Virus record (IMG/VR): IMGVR_UViG_3300025151_008080 | Location: 6,760 to 70,759 of that record | Source: a virus | Reading direction: 5' to 3' (one strand) | DNA length: 64,000 nt | Shown: one piece after another, positions 1 through 9,997 of the stretch | Layout of the letters: the number at the start of each line of letters is the position of its first letter | How positions within the stretch are numbered: position 1 is the stretch's first letter | The notes under the pieces: model-generated | The model's input: the letters and a program-made list of their open reading frames with translations, nothing else | Database searches by the model: none | Told to the model about the DNA's origin: nothing | Position numbers and translations under genes: made by a program

Positions 1-1082
1 TAAAACCGCTCACCTGTTTTTGGTTCTGGTATTAATAGCATATGTTGAGTACGTTCATCAAACTTAAAATAACGTTTAGTAGATAGCATTTTTTCACGAG
101 TTTCAAGCCACTGCTTTAAGATATACCAACTAATTAAATCAAAACCATAATTACCTAAAGCATAACTAAAATAAGTTTGTTGCGCTAAAGTTTGCTCAAT
201 AGTAAAGAGGGTATTTAAACTATTACTACTAGATTCTTCATGGCTGTATACATCAATAACCTTACGTTTTTGTCTTGTTAAATCATCGAAGTAACCTATA
301 CGAGGTTTTTGTGTAGTAATGAGAGAGGTTGTTGTTGTGTCTGTTGATATTGCATTTCTGTTCGCGTTAACAGAACCTGCTTTAGTAGTATCGCTAGCTA
401 ATACAATACCTACTTTAACCTCATTAGTATAAGACCCGTCGATTTGATCTGTTGTATTAGCTGGTATAGCGCTAATTTCAAATATTTCAGAAGAGGTTGT
501 AAATACTTGACCGAACTCAGTCTCTTGTACATCAGCGGACTCTACAGTTGTATCACCAGATGTCGCTACTACAAGTGCTTTTGAAACCATAACATTTGTA
601 TCATCTAATACTACAGTAACAGTATACTCTGACGGATCAACATTTATATCTCCTACATTAAATTCAAACAATGGAATAAAAGTACTGTTACTATTTGCTT
701 CGAAATTTTTTGCTGTAGTAGTTGCAACGTTTGTATTAGTAGATCTGGTTACCTCAATTGTAGATTCATACGTAGCGGTAAGTTCTGGCGTGAGAGTCAT
801 TAACTCTGAAATATCTAGACCTTTACCTCTCGTATACTTATCGCTATCAAAAACTAAATGCTCTTCAGTATAGCCAGCATACTTACTAAACATTTCTACA
901 GCGAGAGCAATGTTAGTAAAGATCTGATTACCATGAAGTTCTAAGTTAATAACAGGGTAACCTAAAGCATATGTAATTCTATCCGCTAAAAGCTCGTAAT
1001 TACTTACAGTATTAGCTAGATATGTAGAAAATAGATGACTACCTGCGCTTAAATAATCTGATGACCATGTATCTGTTGCCAC
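1..1082 (-). CDS. Neck protein gp13-like (3'-truncated by window edge), with a Thr-rich internal insertion
   Basis: Not in the ORF track. Hand translation from GTG at 1082 gives (M)ATDTWSSDYLSAGSHLF...RITYALGYPVINLELHGNQI...AQQTYFSYALGNYGFDLISWYILKQWLETREKML...FKFDERTQ. LGYPVINLEL and FDLISWY..KQWLE are gp13-like. The frame is open to base 1 and a TAAATA box lies 5 nt upstream. Confidence 0.75.
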   Translation of the reverse strand, partial: MATDTWSSDYLSAGSHLFSTYLANTVSNYELLADRITYALGYPVINLELHGNQIFTNIALAVEMFSKYAGYTEEHLVFDSDKYTRGKGLDISELMTLTPELTATYESTIEVTRSTNTNVATTTAKNFEANSNSTFIPLFEFNVGDINVDPSEYTVTVVLDDTNVMVSKALVVATSGDTTVESADVQETEFGQVFTTSSEIFEISAIPANTTDQIDGSYTNEVKVGIVLASDTTKAGSVNANRNAISTDTTTTSLITTQKPRIGYFDDLTRQKRKVIDVYSHEESSSNSLNTLFTIEQTLAQQTYFSYALGNYGFDLISWYILKQWLETREKMLSTKRYFKFDERTQHMLLIPEPKTGERF

Positions 1083-1090
1083 ATAATTAT

Positions 1091-2857
1091 TTATGTTGGA
1101 AGCGCTGAAGTTTCCCCTCCCGGGGTAGGAGTTGGTTCTGGTATATCACTATCCGGTACATCATCGCCACCTGTAGGACCCATATCTGGCGGTACATCTC
1201 CTGCAGGAGCACCGGGTGCGGTCCCAGCATCAGCACCAGGCGCACCACCACCAGCGGCCCAATCTGCACCACCACCTCGTATTTGTTCTATTTCATGCTG
1301 TAAAGCAGCGTCCTTACGAAGCCATTCTCTATTAGCCTTAATTTGCTCATCCGTCCAACCTAAGTACTCTTTCTGACTATATTGCTTGGATATAGATTCA
1401 TTTTGAGTCATCGTATTGAAGTTATTAGCCTTCAAGTCTAATATTTGTTGTTTGCGTAGCTCGAAATAATTACGTGGAGGAGTAAACATTAAGTCAAACG
1501 AATTTTCTCTTAATTCAAACTGTCTCCAAAGTTTTTTGAGCTTTAAATGAGTAATAAACGCTTCTTTTATACCAGAGGCAAATTGAGACTGTAATCTAAC
1601 TACAAAGTTTGCAAACTTTAATTCTTCTCTTAAAACGTTTGCGTCGGCGCTATATTGAGACGTTTCGGACTCTACCCTATTAGTAGGTACCTTAAGAGCT
1701 TTATAAAGTTTTTTAACAAAATAATTTAAGTCTTGGAGCTCACCTAAGTTTTGACCACCGGGTAATGTTGTTACTTCTGTACCGGTACTGCCTTCCCTCT
1801 TAGGAAACCAATAAGCATCAAGTATTGATTGAGGGTTAAATGAATTAACTCTGTTATCACCATCAAGACTAAATGATTTCTTACTCCAGTAATTTTGCAT
1901 TAACTTTCGTATATAACCTTCTGCTTTTGGAGGGCTCATTTGGCCAACATCAACGTTGAATACTAAGCGTTCTGGAGCTCTAACTAGTCTATATATAATA
2001 ATAGAATCTTCTATAAGAGATAATTGTCTATAAGCTCTTCTAGCATTTTCAATAAAAGGAATTCTAAATGTTCTATTTTCATTCCATGTACCAGAATTAA
2101 CATATGTTACCTGATTTTTTTCTAACGGAATAAAGTCTTTATCTTGTAAACCAGAATAATTTTGTTCATCAGCATCTTTATGATGTTTAGCCTTTCTTAA
2201 CAAATAGGCTTTAATATGCATATTTTGAAAATTGTCATATACAGGGTCAATCGCCTGGGTAGGGACGTTTATAACACCTAGTATACCTTCTTCAATATGC
2301 TTATCATGTATAATATTTTCAAAGTAAAGCTCACCATCAACTAATAAAGATCTTATATACTCCCAAGCTCTTTCTTTAAAATCAAATAAGTTAATAAATT
2401 TATAAAATTCATCTCTCATTTGTTTTGATATTAGTGGGTCGAATTCTTTATCATTTCTAAGCTTTAGATCAATCATTCTTCCGTGATCGTCTTCATTTAA
2501 AAACTCATCACAAATTTCATCTAACGCATCAGCTACCTCGGCGAATTGAGCCATTACTCTATAATCTCTTAGACGGCGATATTTGTCTACATCTAAGGTA
2601 GCATACATTAATTCGTTATATGCTCTATCTGCTAAAAAGGAACCTACTGGTTGAGAAGACTCAGGTACTTTCGGAGCTATAATAGAATGCTGAGCTAGTA
2701 ACTCTTTGCGAACCGACCCTGCTTTATAAAAGCTTTTAAATTTTGGGTTATCTTGTGTAACATCATCAATAATAGATGCAGGAGATCTATACGGAAGATT
2801 ACTCGAAATAAACTTCTGTAAACCTCTACCAAATGTACCTTTTTTTCCGTCGTCCAT
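1091..2857 (-). CDS. Portal protein gp20
   Basis: 588 aa; LVDGELYF, IYRLVRAPERLVFNVDVG, YWFPKREG, TEVTTLPGGQNLGEL, KKLYKALKVP and REELKF are characteristic T4 gp20 motifs. Confidence 0.95.
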   Translation of the reverse strand: MDDGKKGTFGRGLQKFISSNLPYRSPASIIDDVTQDNPKFKSFYKAGSVRKELLAQHSIIAPKVPESSQPVGSFLADRAYNELMYATLDVDKYRRLRDYRVMAQFAEVADALDEICDEFLNEDDHGRMIDLKLRNDKEFDPLISKQMRDEFYKFINLFDFKERAWEYIRSLLVDGELYFENIIHDKHIEEGILGVINVPTQAIDPVYDNFQNMHIKAYLLRKAKHHKDADEQNYSGLQDKDFIPLEKNQVTYVNSGTWNENRTFRIPFIENARRAYRQLSLIEDSIIIYRLVRAPERLVFNVDVGQMSPPKAEGYIRKLMQNYWSKKSFSLDGDNRVNSFNPQSILDAYWFPKREGSTGTEVTTLPGGQNLGELQDLNYFVKKLYKALKVPTNRVESETSQYSADANVLREELKFANFVVRLQSQFASGIKEAFITHLKLKKLWRQFELRENSFDLMFTPPRNYFELRKQQILDLKANNFNTMTQNESISKQYSQKEYLGWTDEQIKANREWLRKDAALQHEIEQIRGGGADWAAGGGAPGADAGTAPGAPAGDVPPDMGPTGGDDVPDSDIPEPTPTPGGETSALPT

Positions 2858-2858
2858 A

Positions 2859-3320
2859 TTAGTTAACTGTAATTGTTGTATTTATATCTTTCTTCAAACT
2901 ACCATATCCCGCAGCATTCATTAACAATATGTCTAAATTACCAGTCGCACTTAGTGTCGGGAAAGTGATTGTTATACTATTGTAATTATTTATTGTAAAA
3001 CCGCCAGTTAAAAGGCCTGATAATTCTGGAGATAAGGTAGCACCGTCACATAAAGATGATATAGATGTAAAACCAGATACTGGATAGTTAACAAAATCCC
3101 CATCACTCACAAAAAGTAACTCATCGTTTTCTGCACTTAACATCACAGCTTCAACAGTATCAAAACTATAACCATTAAATGTTCTTGATGCTGAAAAGCC
3201 ACATGTAAGAGTGGTATATGTATTTCCTTCTGTAAAATGCGGTACAGCAGATAATGATCTAGTATCTACTTGTGCAGTAACACTAGTGAGTGCGCTTGTA
3301 TAATTAATAAACTTACTCAT
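2859..3320 (-). CDS. Hypothetical Ser/Thr-rich, beta-strand-like virion-associated protein
   Basis: 153 aa ORF packed between gp15 and gp20 in a late operon; Ser/Thr-rich. Confidence 0.55.
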   Translation of the reverse strand: MSKFINYTSALTSVTAQVDTRSLSAVPHFTEGNTYTTLTCGFSASRTFNGYSFDTVEAVMLSAENDELLFVSDGDFVNYPVSGFTSISSLCDGATLSPELSGLLTGGFTINNYNSITITFPTLSATGNLDILLMNAAGYGSLKKDINTTITVN

Positions 3321-3996
3321 AGTTAAATGTATTTACAGGTATGTATTGTTGATCAATAACGAAAATATTCTTAGCATTATCAATATTGTTCTTCTTGAAC
3401 AACCAACCTTTCATTGTAAAGTCCGTACTTGCTTCAATTCTGGCCGGTTGAGTTCCAGAAACATTGACTGGATAGTCTAAACTTATATTACCAGACCACT
3501 CTACCTCAGTTCTTATCTCTAAATCACTAGCCATATTCTGACTAGATGGGACCTTCCAACTTATTATAATATATGGATTGTTATACGGAACGAAATTACT
3601 TAAAATTTGATCCATATCTGTTTGGAATTTAGTTAATATAGACATATTGATACCTATATTAACAGGTATTGGGGTTGGTAAATAGTCAGAAGTTAAAGCA
3701 CCTTGATCCTGTTCGCTTGCTTTACTATAATAAAAACCAGGTATTTTATTAAAAACTCTCTCAGAGTCTCTCGTAACACTAGTATAGTGAACTGCAATAA
3801 CAGGTAATTTGAGAGATGCTGCTTTATTAACCACATCATTTAACGCTCTCTCTTTCGGCCCATAATAAAAACCTACCTTGAGCTGATCGACCACAGTTTT
3901 ACTTTTGTTATATCTGTTTATAACAATACTATTAAAGGCAGTAATAAACTGCCTTACCATATCTTTTAGCTCAAAACCGTAATATTGGTTTTTCAT
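3313..3996 (-). CDS. Tail sheath stabilizer/completion protein gp15-like
   Basis: QFITAFNSIVINR, LKVGFYYGPKER, LPVI, PIPVNI, DMDQILSNFVPY and FTMKGWLF follow the gp15 pattern. Confidence 0.85.
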   Translation of the reverse strand: MKNQYYGFELKDMVRQFITAFNSIVINRYNKSKTVVDQLKVGFYYGPKERALNDVVNKAASLKLPVIAVHYTSVTRDSERVFNKIPGFYYSKASEQDQGALTSDYLPTPIPVNIGINMSILTKFQTDMDQILSNFVPYNNPYIIISWKVPSSQNMASDLEIRTEVEWSGNISLDYPVNVSGTQPARIEASTDFTMKGWLFKKNNIDNAKNIFVIDQQYIPVNTFNYE

Positions 3997-4008
3997 TGTA
4001 AATATTTA

Positions 4009-5643
4009 TTAAACAAACCTATCTATAAAATATTTCGGAAGGGAATTAATGTTTCTTTTTAAAATACCTGTAAGAGTAAAACCATCAAGTATATATGTAC
4101 GGCTATAGTCATTTTTATCTCTAGTACATCTACCGCATTGCTGTATTAATGATGTTAACATCTTTTTATCATACCAACCTTTTACAGTCTTATTCATGGC
4201 TGCAACTCTAATATCTTTCAAGTTCAACCATGGCTGCTTTACTACAATACAAAACCGTGCTAAGTCTCCTTTAAGATCAACTCCAAAGTTCATAGATGGA
4301 CTAGCTAATACAGTTGGTTTGTCACTTGCGAGATGCTTTGCTATTATATCAGCATTTTCATTTTGACCTTGTATACGATAAAGTAGTCGCCCTTTACCAA
4401 GAGCATCTTGTAGCATTCTTGTTATCTCATCAGACTGAGTATGTATTAATCCTTTTTCGTCTTTATGCTTTTCTAATAGAAGTTTAATTTCGTTAACAAC
4501 CTTTGGGAAGACGTTAACTAGGTTGCCATTATTAAGCCTAAAACCACCAACATAAATCGGAGACTTAGTTGAATCAAAATCAGAAGGGAGATCAACAAAT
4601 GTATACTCATCATCCGGAATTCCTAACCCTCTCATAAAAGCCTTATAGTCAACAAACGTAGCAGACATAAGCACAACCTTATTTGCATATTTGAATAAAT
4701 GTTTTGCAAGATTGTCTACCTTCTTAGGTATGAGTTTTATGTATCGTTTATTCTTAACTCGAACATCCTCATACAGATATTCTGAATCATACCAGGTGTT
4801 GAGTATTCTACTAATATGTCCCTTAAGATCAGAAACAAACTTATATTCTTTTTTGTAACTGTCGCTTACAGTAGTATGCTTATCTAAAATGCGCATCAAT
4901 TCATTAGATCTAAACTCTAACTTCTCATTTAAAGTTTCTAGATTATTATGAAAACGCTTACGATCAAAACTATACCGCAATTGGAAGCCATATTTTTCTA
5001 ATCTACCCATTTCAATACTACAACTAAAACGATTAACTATAACGTTTTCTAACTCTGATGCTTCGTCACATATAATAACATCTCTGTTTTTAAGATGATC
5101 TGGTTTATGAAAGAAGCTTGCATAGTTTTCAATACTTACCTTTGCGCTTATAGCTTTATTACGAGATTCATAGTAATCACATCTATTACAGTCCCAGCAT
5201 TCTCGTTTGAGTTTAGAACTAAACAAACAAGGAGCTACATCTGCAGTACTCCTCTCATCTATATTACAGAGATAGCTTCCCTTACCTTTTAAAGTTTGTA
5301 TGTCAGAAAAGTCTCTAGTATATTGATCTTGTAATTGCTTAGTTGTAGTGAGTATCGAAGTACCGAATCTCTTAGAAGAAAAATCATCAGCATACTCATA
5401 AACAAGTTTATTGTTATCCCATGTAGATTGATATGCAGTATAATCGTTAACTATACGCTCTAACCTTTTAGGGAGCTTGCTTGTACTGTTAGCAATAGTC
5501 TTTGCTAACATACTCTTACCTACCCCAGTAGGCCCTTGCACTACAACAAACCGATACTTCTTGAGAGCCTTATCAATTCGTGATATAGCTTTTTCTTGTA
5601 ATGAGGTAGGTACAAAGTTTTTAGGAAAATGTTTTAACTCCAT
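4009..5643 (-). CDS. DinG/Rad3-like SF2 helicase with a Cys cluster (putative Fe-S)
   Basis: GPTGVGKS, LQDQY, LKGKGSYLC...APC...C..C..C.YY, DEAS, MSAT, GVDL and QQCGRCTR. Confidence 0.85.
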   Translation of the reverse strand: MELKHFPKNFVPTSLQEKAISRIDKALKKYRFVVVQGPTGVGKSMLAKTIANSTSKLPKRLERIVNDYTAYQSTWDNNKLVYEYADDFSSKRFGTSILTTTKQLQDQYTRDFSDIQTLKGKGSYLCNIDERSTADVAPCLFSSKLKRECWDCNRCDYYESRNKAISAKVSIENYASFFHKPDHLKNRDVIICDEASELENVIVNRFSCSIEMGRLEKYGFQLRYSFDRKRFHNNLETLNEKLEFRSNELMRILDKHTTVSDSYKKEYKFVSDLKGHISRILNTWYDSEYLYEDVRVKNKRYIKLIPKKVDNLAKHLFKYANKVVLMSATFVDYKAFMRGLGIPDDEYTFVDLPSDFDSTKSPIYVGGFRLNNGNLVNVFPKVVNEIKLLLEKHKDEKGLIHTQSDEITRMLQDALGKGRLLYRIQGQNENADIIAKHLASDKPTVLASPSMNFGVDLKGDLARFCIVVKQPWLNLKDIRVAAMNKTVKGWYDKKMLTSLIQQCGRCTRDKNDYSRTYILDGFTLTGILKRNINSLPKYFIDRFV

Positions 5644-5652
5644 TAAGGTATA

Positions 5653-5979
5653 TTATATCTTTTCTATAGAGACCATCAAGTCGTAATATTTATTTTTCTT
5701 GTTAGTGATCATTCTATTTGTTCTTACCTGTTGTATTACATCATTGCGATGAATATGATCAAGTCTATAATCAAAGTATATAATATTTTTTCTAGTTAAA
5801 ACATTGAAGGGATATAGAATATCAACCTTCTTTGTACTTTCGAAAATAAGCTTTATATTAAAATCTTTAATTTCGTACAGTAGAATTCTACCTACACCTA
5901 ATACTCTTTTTTTAGACGTAATTTTTACATTAGTAAGCAATATGGATTTTAATGTATTTTCTACTGTCTCGTAATTCAT
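5653..5979 (-). CDS. Hypothetical protein
   Basis: 108 aa ORF with a 4-nt overlap with the upstream gene. Confidence 0.6.
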   Translation of the reverse strand: MNYETVENTLKSILLTNVKITSKKRVLGVGRILLYEIKDFNIKLIFESTKKVDILYPFNVLTRKNIIYFDYRLDHIHRNDVIQQVRTNRMITNKKNKYYDLMVSIEKI

Positions 5980-6353
5980 GTATTCATAAAGTTAATTTTT
6001 TCTTGTACGGACATAGGTGATATTTTTTCTTGCAAATATACCCAAAATGTTTCATCAGCATCAAGGGTACTAATTAAATCAACAGAGTCTACATTTATTG
6101 TTCTATAACCGTGCATTAATATATCCCAAACAACAACTAAATTTTTCTGATTAGGGTTATATTTAGGAGCTGACGTAGGTGGCTTGTAATTCAATATAGT
6201 CCTACCTTCTACTGAATTTAATAATTGAGAATTATTTGTGCATAACATTCTTCTCGTAGCAGGCATCCCAGGTTTTGGATTCCTTCTAGAAAATTTGACT
6301 TCGCATACATTATTTAAAAGTATGCCCTTAAGTTGTCCTAAACTTACACGCAT
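5976..6353 (-). CDS. WYL_2/DUF2693-like Sm-fold protein
   Basis: VCEVKF.R....RRMLCT ... VVWDI...GYRTINVD pattern typical of T4-like DUF2693 proteins. Confidence 0.6.
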   Translation of the reverse strand: MRVSLGQLKGILLNNVCEVKFSRRNPKPGMPATRRMLCTNNSQLLNSVEGRTILNYKPPTSAPKYNPNQKNLVVVWDILMHGYRTINVDSVDLISTLDADETFWVYLQEKISPMSVQEKINFMNT

Positions 6354-6354
6354 T

Positions 6355-6813
6355 TTAATCTAATTGATCACAAACTCCAAAGAATCTTTCCTCATTTAAA
6401 AACAAACAATCTTTTAATGGGTCGTCAAATCCTGCAACTGTAATATTACTTACTTTAACTCCCTTGTCGTCTGGAAAACAAACCACATCACCAACCTTTA
6501 CTGACTTACAATTAGGTCCTGCTAAGATAACACGAGCTAGTCGCCATGTTCGCTGAACTTGCGCTAATGGAATTAGAATCCCATTACGATTAATAGCTGT
6601 ACCATCGTCAGATAGATCGACAAACTGAGCTAAAACAAAATCATCCATAACCTTACTCAGTTTGTAACCATTAAGACTAAAATCGTCCCCTTTATAATTT
6701 TCTAAATCAATCAAACTCCTTTTTGCAGAGTGATCAAACGCGTCGCGTTGACTTTCAGTCAACCCTAAAGTATCTAACTTAGCGTCGTATTGTTTTTGTT
6801 GCTTACTATCCAT
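6355..6813 (-). CDS. GroES-like co-chaperonin (gp31 analogue) with N-terminal extension
   Basis: GILIP...ARVILAGP....VKVGDVVCF...G...LFLNEERFFGV. Confidence 0.75.
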   Translation of the reverse strand: MDSKQQKQYDAKLDTLGLTESQRDAFDHSAKRSLIDLENYKGDDFSLNGYKLSKVMDDFVLAQFVDLSDDGTAINRNGILIPLAQVQRTWRLARVILAGPNCKSVKVGDVVCFPDDKGVKVSNITVAGFDDPLKDCLFLNEERFFGVCDQLD

Positions 6814-7195
6814 ATTTCTTTATATTTACTTTGAATTTTTCAGAATACAATTCTACTTCTCTTTTTGAGAGTTCAAGATTTTTTGCTACCAGCTCGATTG
6901 CATTGTTTTTCTCTGTGTTTTCTTTTTTGTTCTTTTTTACATACCTAATAAACCGTCTTTTTGTTTTAGGTATAAGGTTGAACATAAAGTTGTAATGGTC
7001 ATGCGCAGAAAACACATGACCATACATGTTTACTGAGTTGTTTATTAACGGTACAAATGATTTACTAGCAAATGTAAGATATCTATTAGTTATAAACGCA
7101 GAATATAGCTTATCATCTGAAACATTGATGTCTATTCTATCACGATCAAACGCAATATTGTTTACAAAGTCAAAAAAGCTATTTACTGGTTTCAT
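6806..7195 (-). CDS. Clamp loader small subunit gp62-like
   Basis: FFDFVNNI, YSAFITNRYL, HYNFMFNLIPK.KRRF.RY.KK and VAKNLELSKREV. Confidence 0.7.
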   Translation of the reverse strand: MKPVNSFFDFVNNIAFDRDRIDINVSDDKLYSAFITNRYLTFASKSFVPLINNSVNMYGHVFSAHDHYNFMFNLIPKTKRRFIRYVKKNKKENTEKNNAIELVAKNLELSKREVELYSEKFKVNIKKYG

Positions 7196-7270
7196 AATAG
7201 AGACAGTCTTAAACCCTTATAGTAATTTTTGCAAATTTTTCGAAAAAAATTTTTCTCCTAGTACTAGACC

Positions 7271-7858
7271 TCAAAGAGTCAGTTTTGTAGTTGCGATAAA
7301 CGCGTCATCCACCATGGAATAGTAGATATCTACCATGATTTTCATGAATTCTTCCACCTGATTATCGGTTAAATTAGTGGAAAACGCGAATGAAGGGGCT
7401 TTATTACCAGCAATCACGTTAATTGCAGTGTGACCTAGTGCGACATTGTTGCGAGAGTAGGTAATACTAACGCTACATTTACCTTTAGGTTGAATAATTC
7501 CGTGTTGCTCAAATTCTTTATGTACAATTAGATCATCTCCATCAACTTCAATAGGGGCATTCAAATATTTCGTTGAAAGTATGTTTGCCATTTGCGTGTT
7601 AAATAATCTTTGAAAGAAAACAGCACCGAGAGGATCAAGATTAGGAAGCTCCCAGCAAAAATTGATAGCGTCATCAGAATAAATAAAATCATTATTAAAA
7701 AGGTCTTCATTGTCAATCATTCCTTCTGTTTCTACTTTCATCGGCGCGCGAAACGCAATAATATTTCCGATAGGTAGAGTCTTTTTGCGAAAGTATTTAT
7801 AAGCGAACCGCTGGTGAATAATATTACCATCATAAACATCGATATCATTTAAGATCAT
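7271..7858 (-). CDS. DUF366-like protein (biotin/lipoate-ligase, class II aaRS-like fold)
   Basis: YDG..I..RFAY, IIAFRAPM.V...MID.ED, I.SDDAI.F, QRL, GDDLIV, K.SVSI and H..INV match my recollection of DUF366. Confidence 0.7.
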   Translation of the reverse strand: MILNDIDVYDGNIIHQRFAYKYFRKKTLPIGNIIAFRAPMKVETEGMIDNEDLFNNDFIYSDDAINFCWELPNLDPLGAVFFQRLFNTQMANILSTKYLNAPIEVDGDDLIVHKEFEQHGIIQPKGKCSVSITYSRNNVALGHTAINVIAGNKAPSFAFSTNLTDNQVEEFMKIMVDIYYSMVDDAFIATTKLTL

Positions 7859-7888
7859 GACACTATAATAGGGTATCTAGAAAAAAAA

Positions 7889-8569
7889 TCAATAGGTAAA
7901 TGTTTTATTTTCAAAATGAAGAATTTTGCCAGAAAAGGTATAACCTTTAGAGTGGTTTGGGTTAAAGCAATATCTTTGATCTAATTGTTTTGTTTTTTTG
8001 TTAAGTATAAATTTATTGAAATGAGATTCGTCATGCCATCTAGCTATAATATTTTTATTTAAATCTGTTTTGATATTATTGTCTATCTCTGCAGCCATAT
8101 TTAAAAATATTTTAGACGTACTACCAAAAAAACAACCCTGACAATATTTACCTTTTAGTTCCGACGTATACTCTACATATGCAGTAGAATCTTTATTATT
8201 AAATTCATATGGGCCTATCTCTTCTTTAGAATAATGATAATGAGACGTGGTAACAATTTCGTCGTTGGCTGGTAAGATTTCATCTTCAAGATAATCTACT
8301 ACCTCCATATCACTATCTATATAAAAAACATAATCATAAGATGAAATTATATTTGATACAGTATTAAAATAATTAAAACGCAACAATGTGGTTAAAGGCC
8401 ATGGAAGGTGAATAATTGGTTTACAAATATCAACAGCTGTGTTAAATTGATCAGAAAACAAAAGTATATTAGTTGATACAGATGTAGTGTATTTTTTAAT
8501 ACTTTTAATTAATGTGGATATATATCTATTGTGTTTGTTAGTAGATATTATTAAAAATAAAATTTTCAT
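7889..8569 (-). CDS. Glycosyltransferase family 6 (ABO/alpha-gal type)
   Basis: PWPLTTLLRF, YIDSDM (DXD), YCQGCFFG and IIARWHDESHFNK. Confidence 0.9.
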   Translation of the reverse strand: MKILFLIISTNKHNRYISTLIKSIKKYTTSVSTNILLFSDQFNTAVDICKPIIHLPWPLTTLLRFNYFNTVSNIISSYDYVFYIDSDMEVVDYLEDEILPANDEIVTTSHYHYSKEEIGPYEFNNKDSTAYVEYTSELKGKYCQGCFFGSTSKIFLNMAAEIDNNIKTDLNKNIIARWHDESHFNKFILNKKTKQLDQRYCFNPNHSKGYTFSGKILHFENKTFTY

Positions 8570-8586
8570 TTAAATTTTTGCTAATT

Positions 8587-9315
8587 TTAATATTTCCACT
8601 TTGTATATTTATTTATTTCGGTTTTATATTTCTCATAATGCAACCCGGTGAAGTGATATAGATACCCGCGCATATGTTCACTAGCAATATCGGGATCTAT
8701 ATAGTTCCATTTTTTATTAATAAAGGTCAACCTATTTTTTAAAAAATACATAAAAGCTAAATTAAGTAACGCCTGCTCTACTTGATGTATATTTTTATAT
8801 TTACCGTTTATATTATTCAAAGCAGCTGTAATTTTTTTAAAAACATACATATGATAGATAGGGGAAAATAAAAACATACCAGCGTTAAAAAAGTTATCTT
8901 TGTAAGATTGTTTATCAAATTTTATTCCTAAAGCATGTGCACATACGTCCAGCCACGGTAAACATAGTTGGGTGTTTTTAAATTCTTCTTTTTGGTCTTT
9001 TGTTAAAAATGATTGCTGCATATCCTTAACAACATATATATTTTTTTTATTACTAAAAATATCGAAAGGATTAGGTGTTGTACTATTTATAATAATATCT
9101 GTATCAATGTATAGGCATTGCTTATAACTAGAAACTAAACTAGGTAAAAATAGTTTAGTGAACATATTATGAAAGCCAGCTGGTTGTATGGGTTGTTTAA
9201 AAACGATATACTCACAACCCCATCTTTCACACGCGGCGTTAACACTATCATAAGCATTTTGACTATGAGTATAACCTTCACTAGGTATAAAAAAAGATAT
9301 AACGACATTATTCAT
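8587..9315 (-). CDS. Glycosyltransferase family 8-like
   Basis: LYIDTD, PNPF, FFNAGMF, EQALLN, KWN and YHFTG. Confidence 0.8.
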   Translation of the reverse strand: MNNVVISFFIPSEGYTHSQNAYDSVNAACERWGCEYIVFKQPIQPAGFHNMFTKLFLPSLVSSYKQCLYIDTDIIINSTTPNPFDIFSNKKNIYVVKDMQQSFLTKDQKEEFKNTQLCLPWLDVCAHALGIKFDKQSYKDNFFNAGMFLFSPIYHMYVFKKITAALNNINGKYKNIHQVEQALLNLAFMYFLKNRLTFINKKWNYIDPDIASEHMRGYLYHFTGLHYEKYKTEINKYTKWKY

Positions 9316-9997
9316 TCCATTTAAAACTCTTTAAAGCTGTTTTTAAGATTTTAGGATCACCACCAGTAAAATGATATATTGAATCATTAATAGGTTTAGT
9401 AAGATCTGGGTTAATGACATTCCATTTTCTAGTTATATATGTTATTAATAATTCTTTTTGTATAATATAATTTAAGAGAGCTTGTTCTTTATGAGATGAA
9501 CCATTAATACTATATTTCTTAATAAGAGAAGAATATTTTTCAAACATAGCACTTATACTTTTATCAAATAAAATAAAACCACTATTGAAAAAATTCAAAA
9601 CAAAATTATCTGGTAAGTTTAAACCATCGTTAATAAATTCCTCTTTGTATCTTGTTAGATAATCTTTTATATACGCGTGAAGCTTAGCTGTCTCTTTATA
9701 ACCAAGGACATATAATTCATAATGACTATCTCTTACAGTAACAAACGGTTGTTTAAATTTAAACGGAGAATCACATTTAGAACTAATTAACATATCTGAA
9801 TCAATAAGTAAAGCACGTTCATAATCCGAGTTTCGTAAAATATTAAACTTATTCCAACTCGGGAAAGAGTTGGGAAATTTATTTTCATCAACAATTACAT
9901 ACTCACAACCCCATCGTTCACATGCATGTAAATGACTGCTTTTTGCATTTTCGCACAACACATTATTAATGTTTAAAGTAATTAAAGCAGTCTTCAT
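9308..9997 (-). CDS. Glycosyltransferase family 8-like (paralog of 8587..9315)
   Basis: LIDSDM, FFNSGF, EQALLN, KWN and YHFTG; shares ACERWGCEY with its neighbour. Confidence 0.8.
   Translation of the reverse strand: MKTALITLNINNVLCENAKSSHLHACERWGCEYVIVDENKFPNSFPSWNKFNILRNSDYERALLIDSDMLISSKCDSPFKFKQPFVTVRDSHYELYVLGYKETAKLHAYIKDYLTRYKEEFINDGLNLPDNFVLNFFNSGFILFDKSISAMFEKYSSLIKKYSINGSSHKEQALLNYIIQKELLITYITRKWNVINPDLTKPINDSIYHFTGGDPKILKTALKSFKWNE

Noticed and set aside
7217-7273. In-frame read-through of the DUF366 TGA stop would add ~18 residues
   Set aside because: Expected by chance; the domain looks complete at the TGA and no recoding signal is evident.
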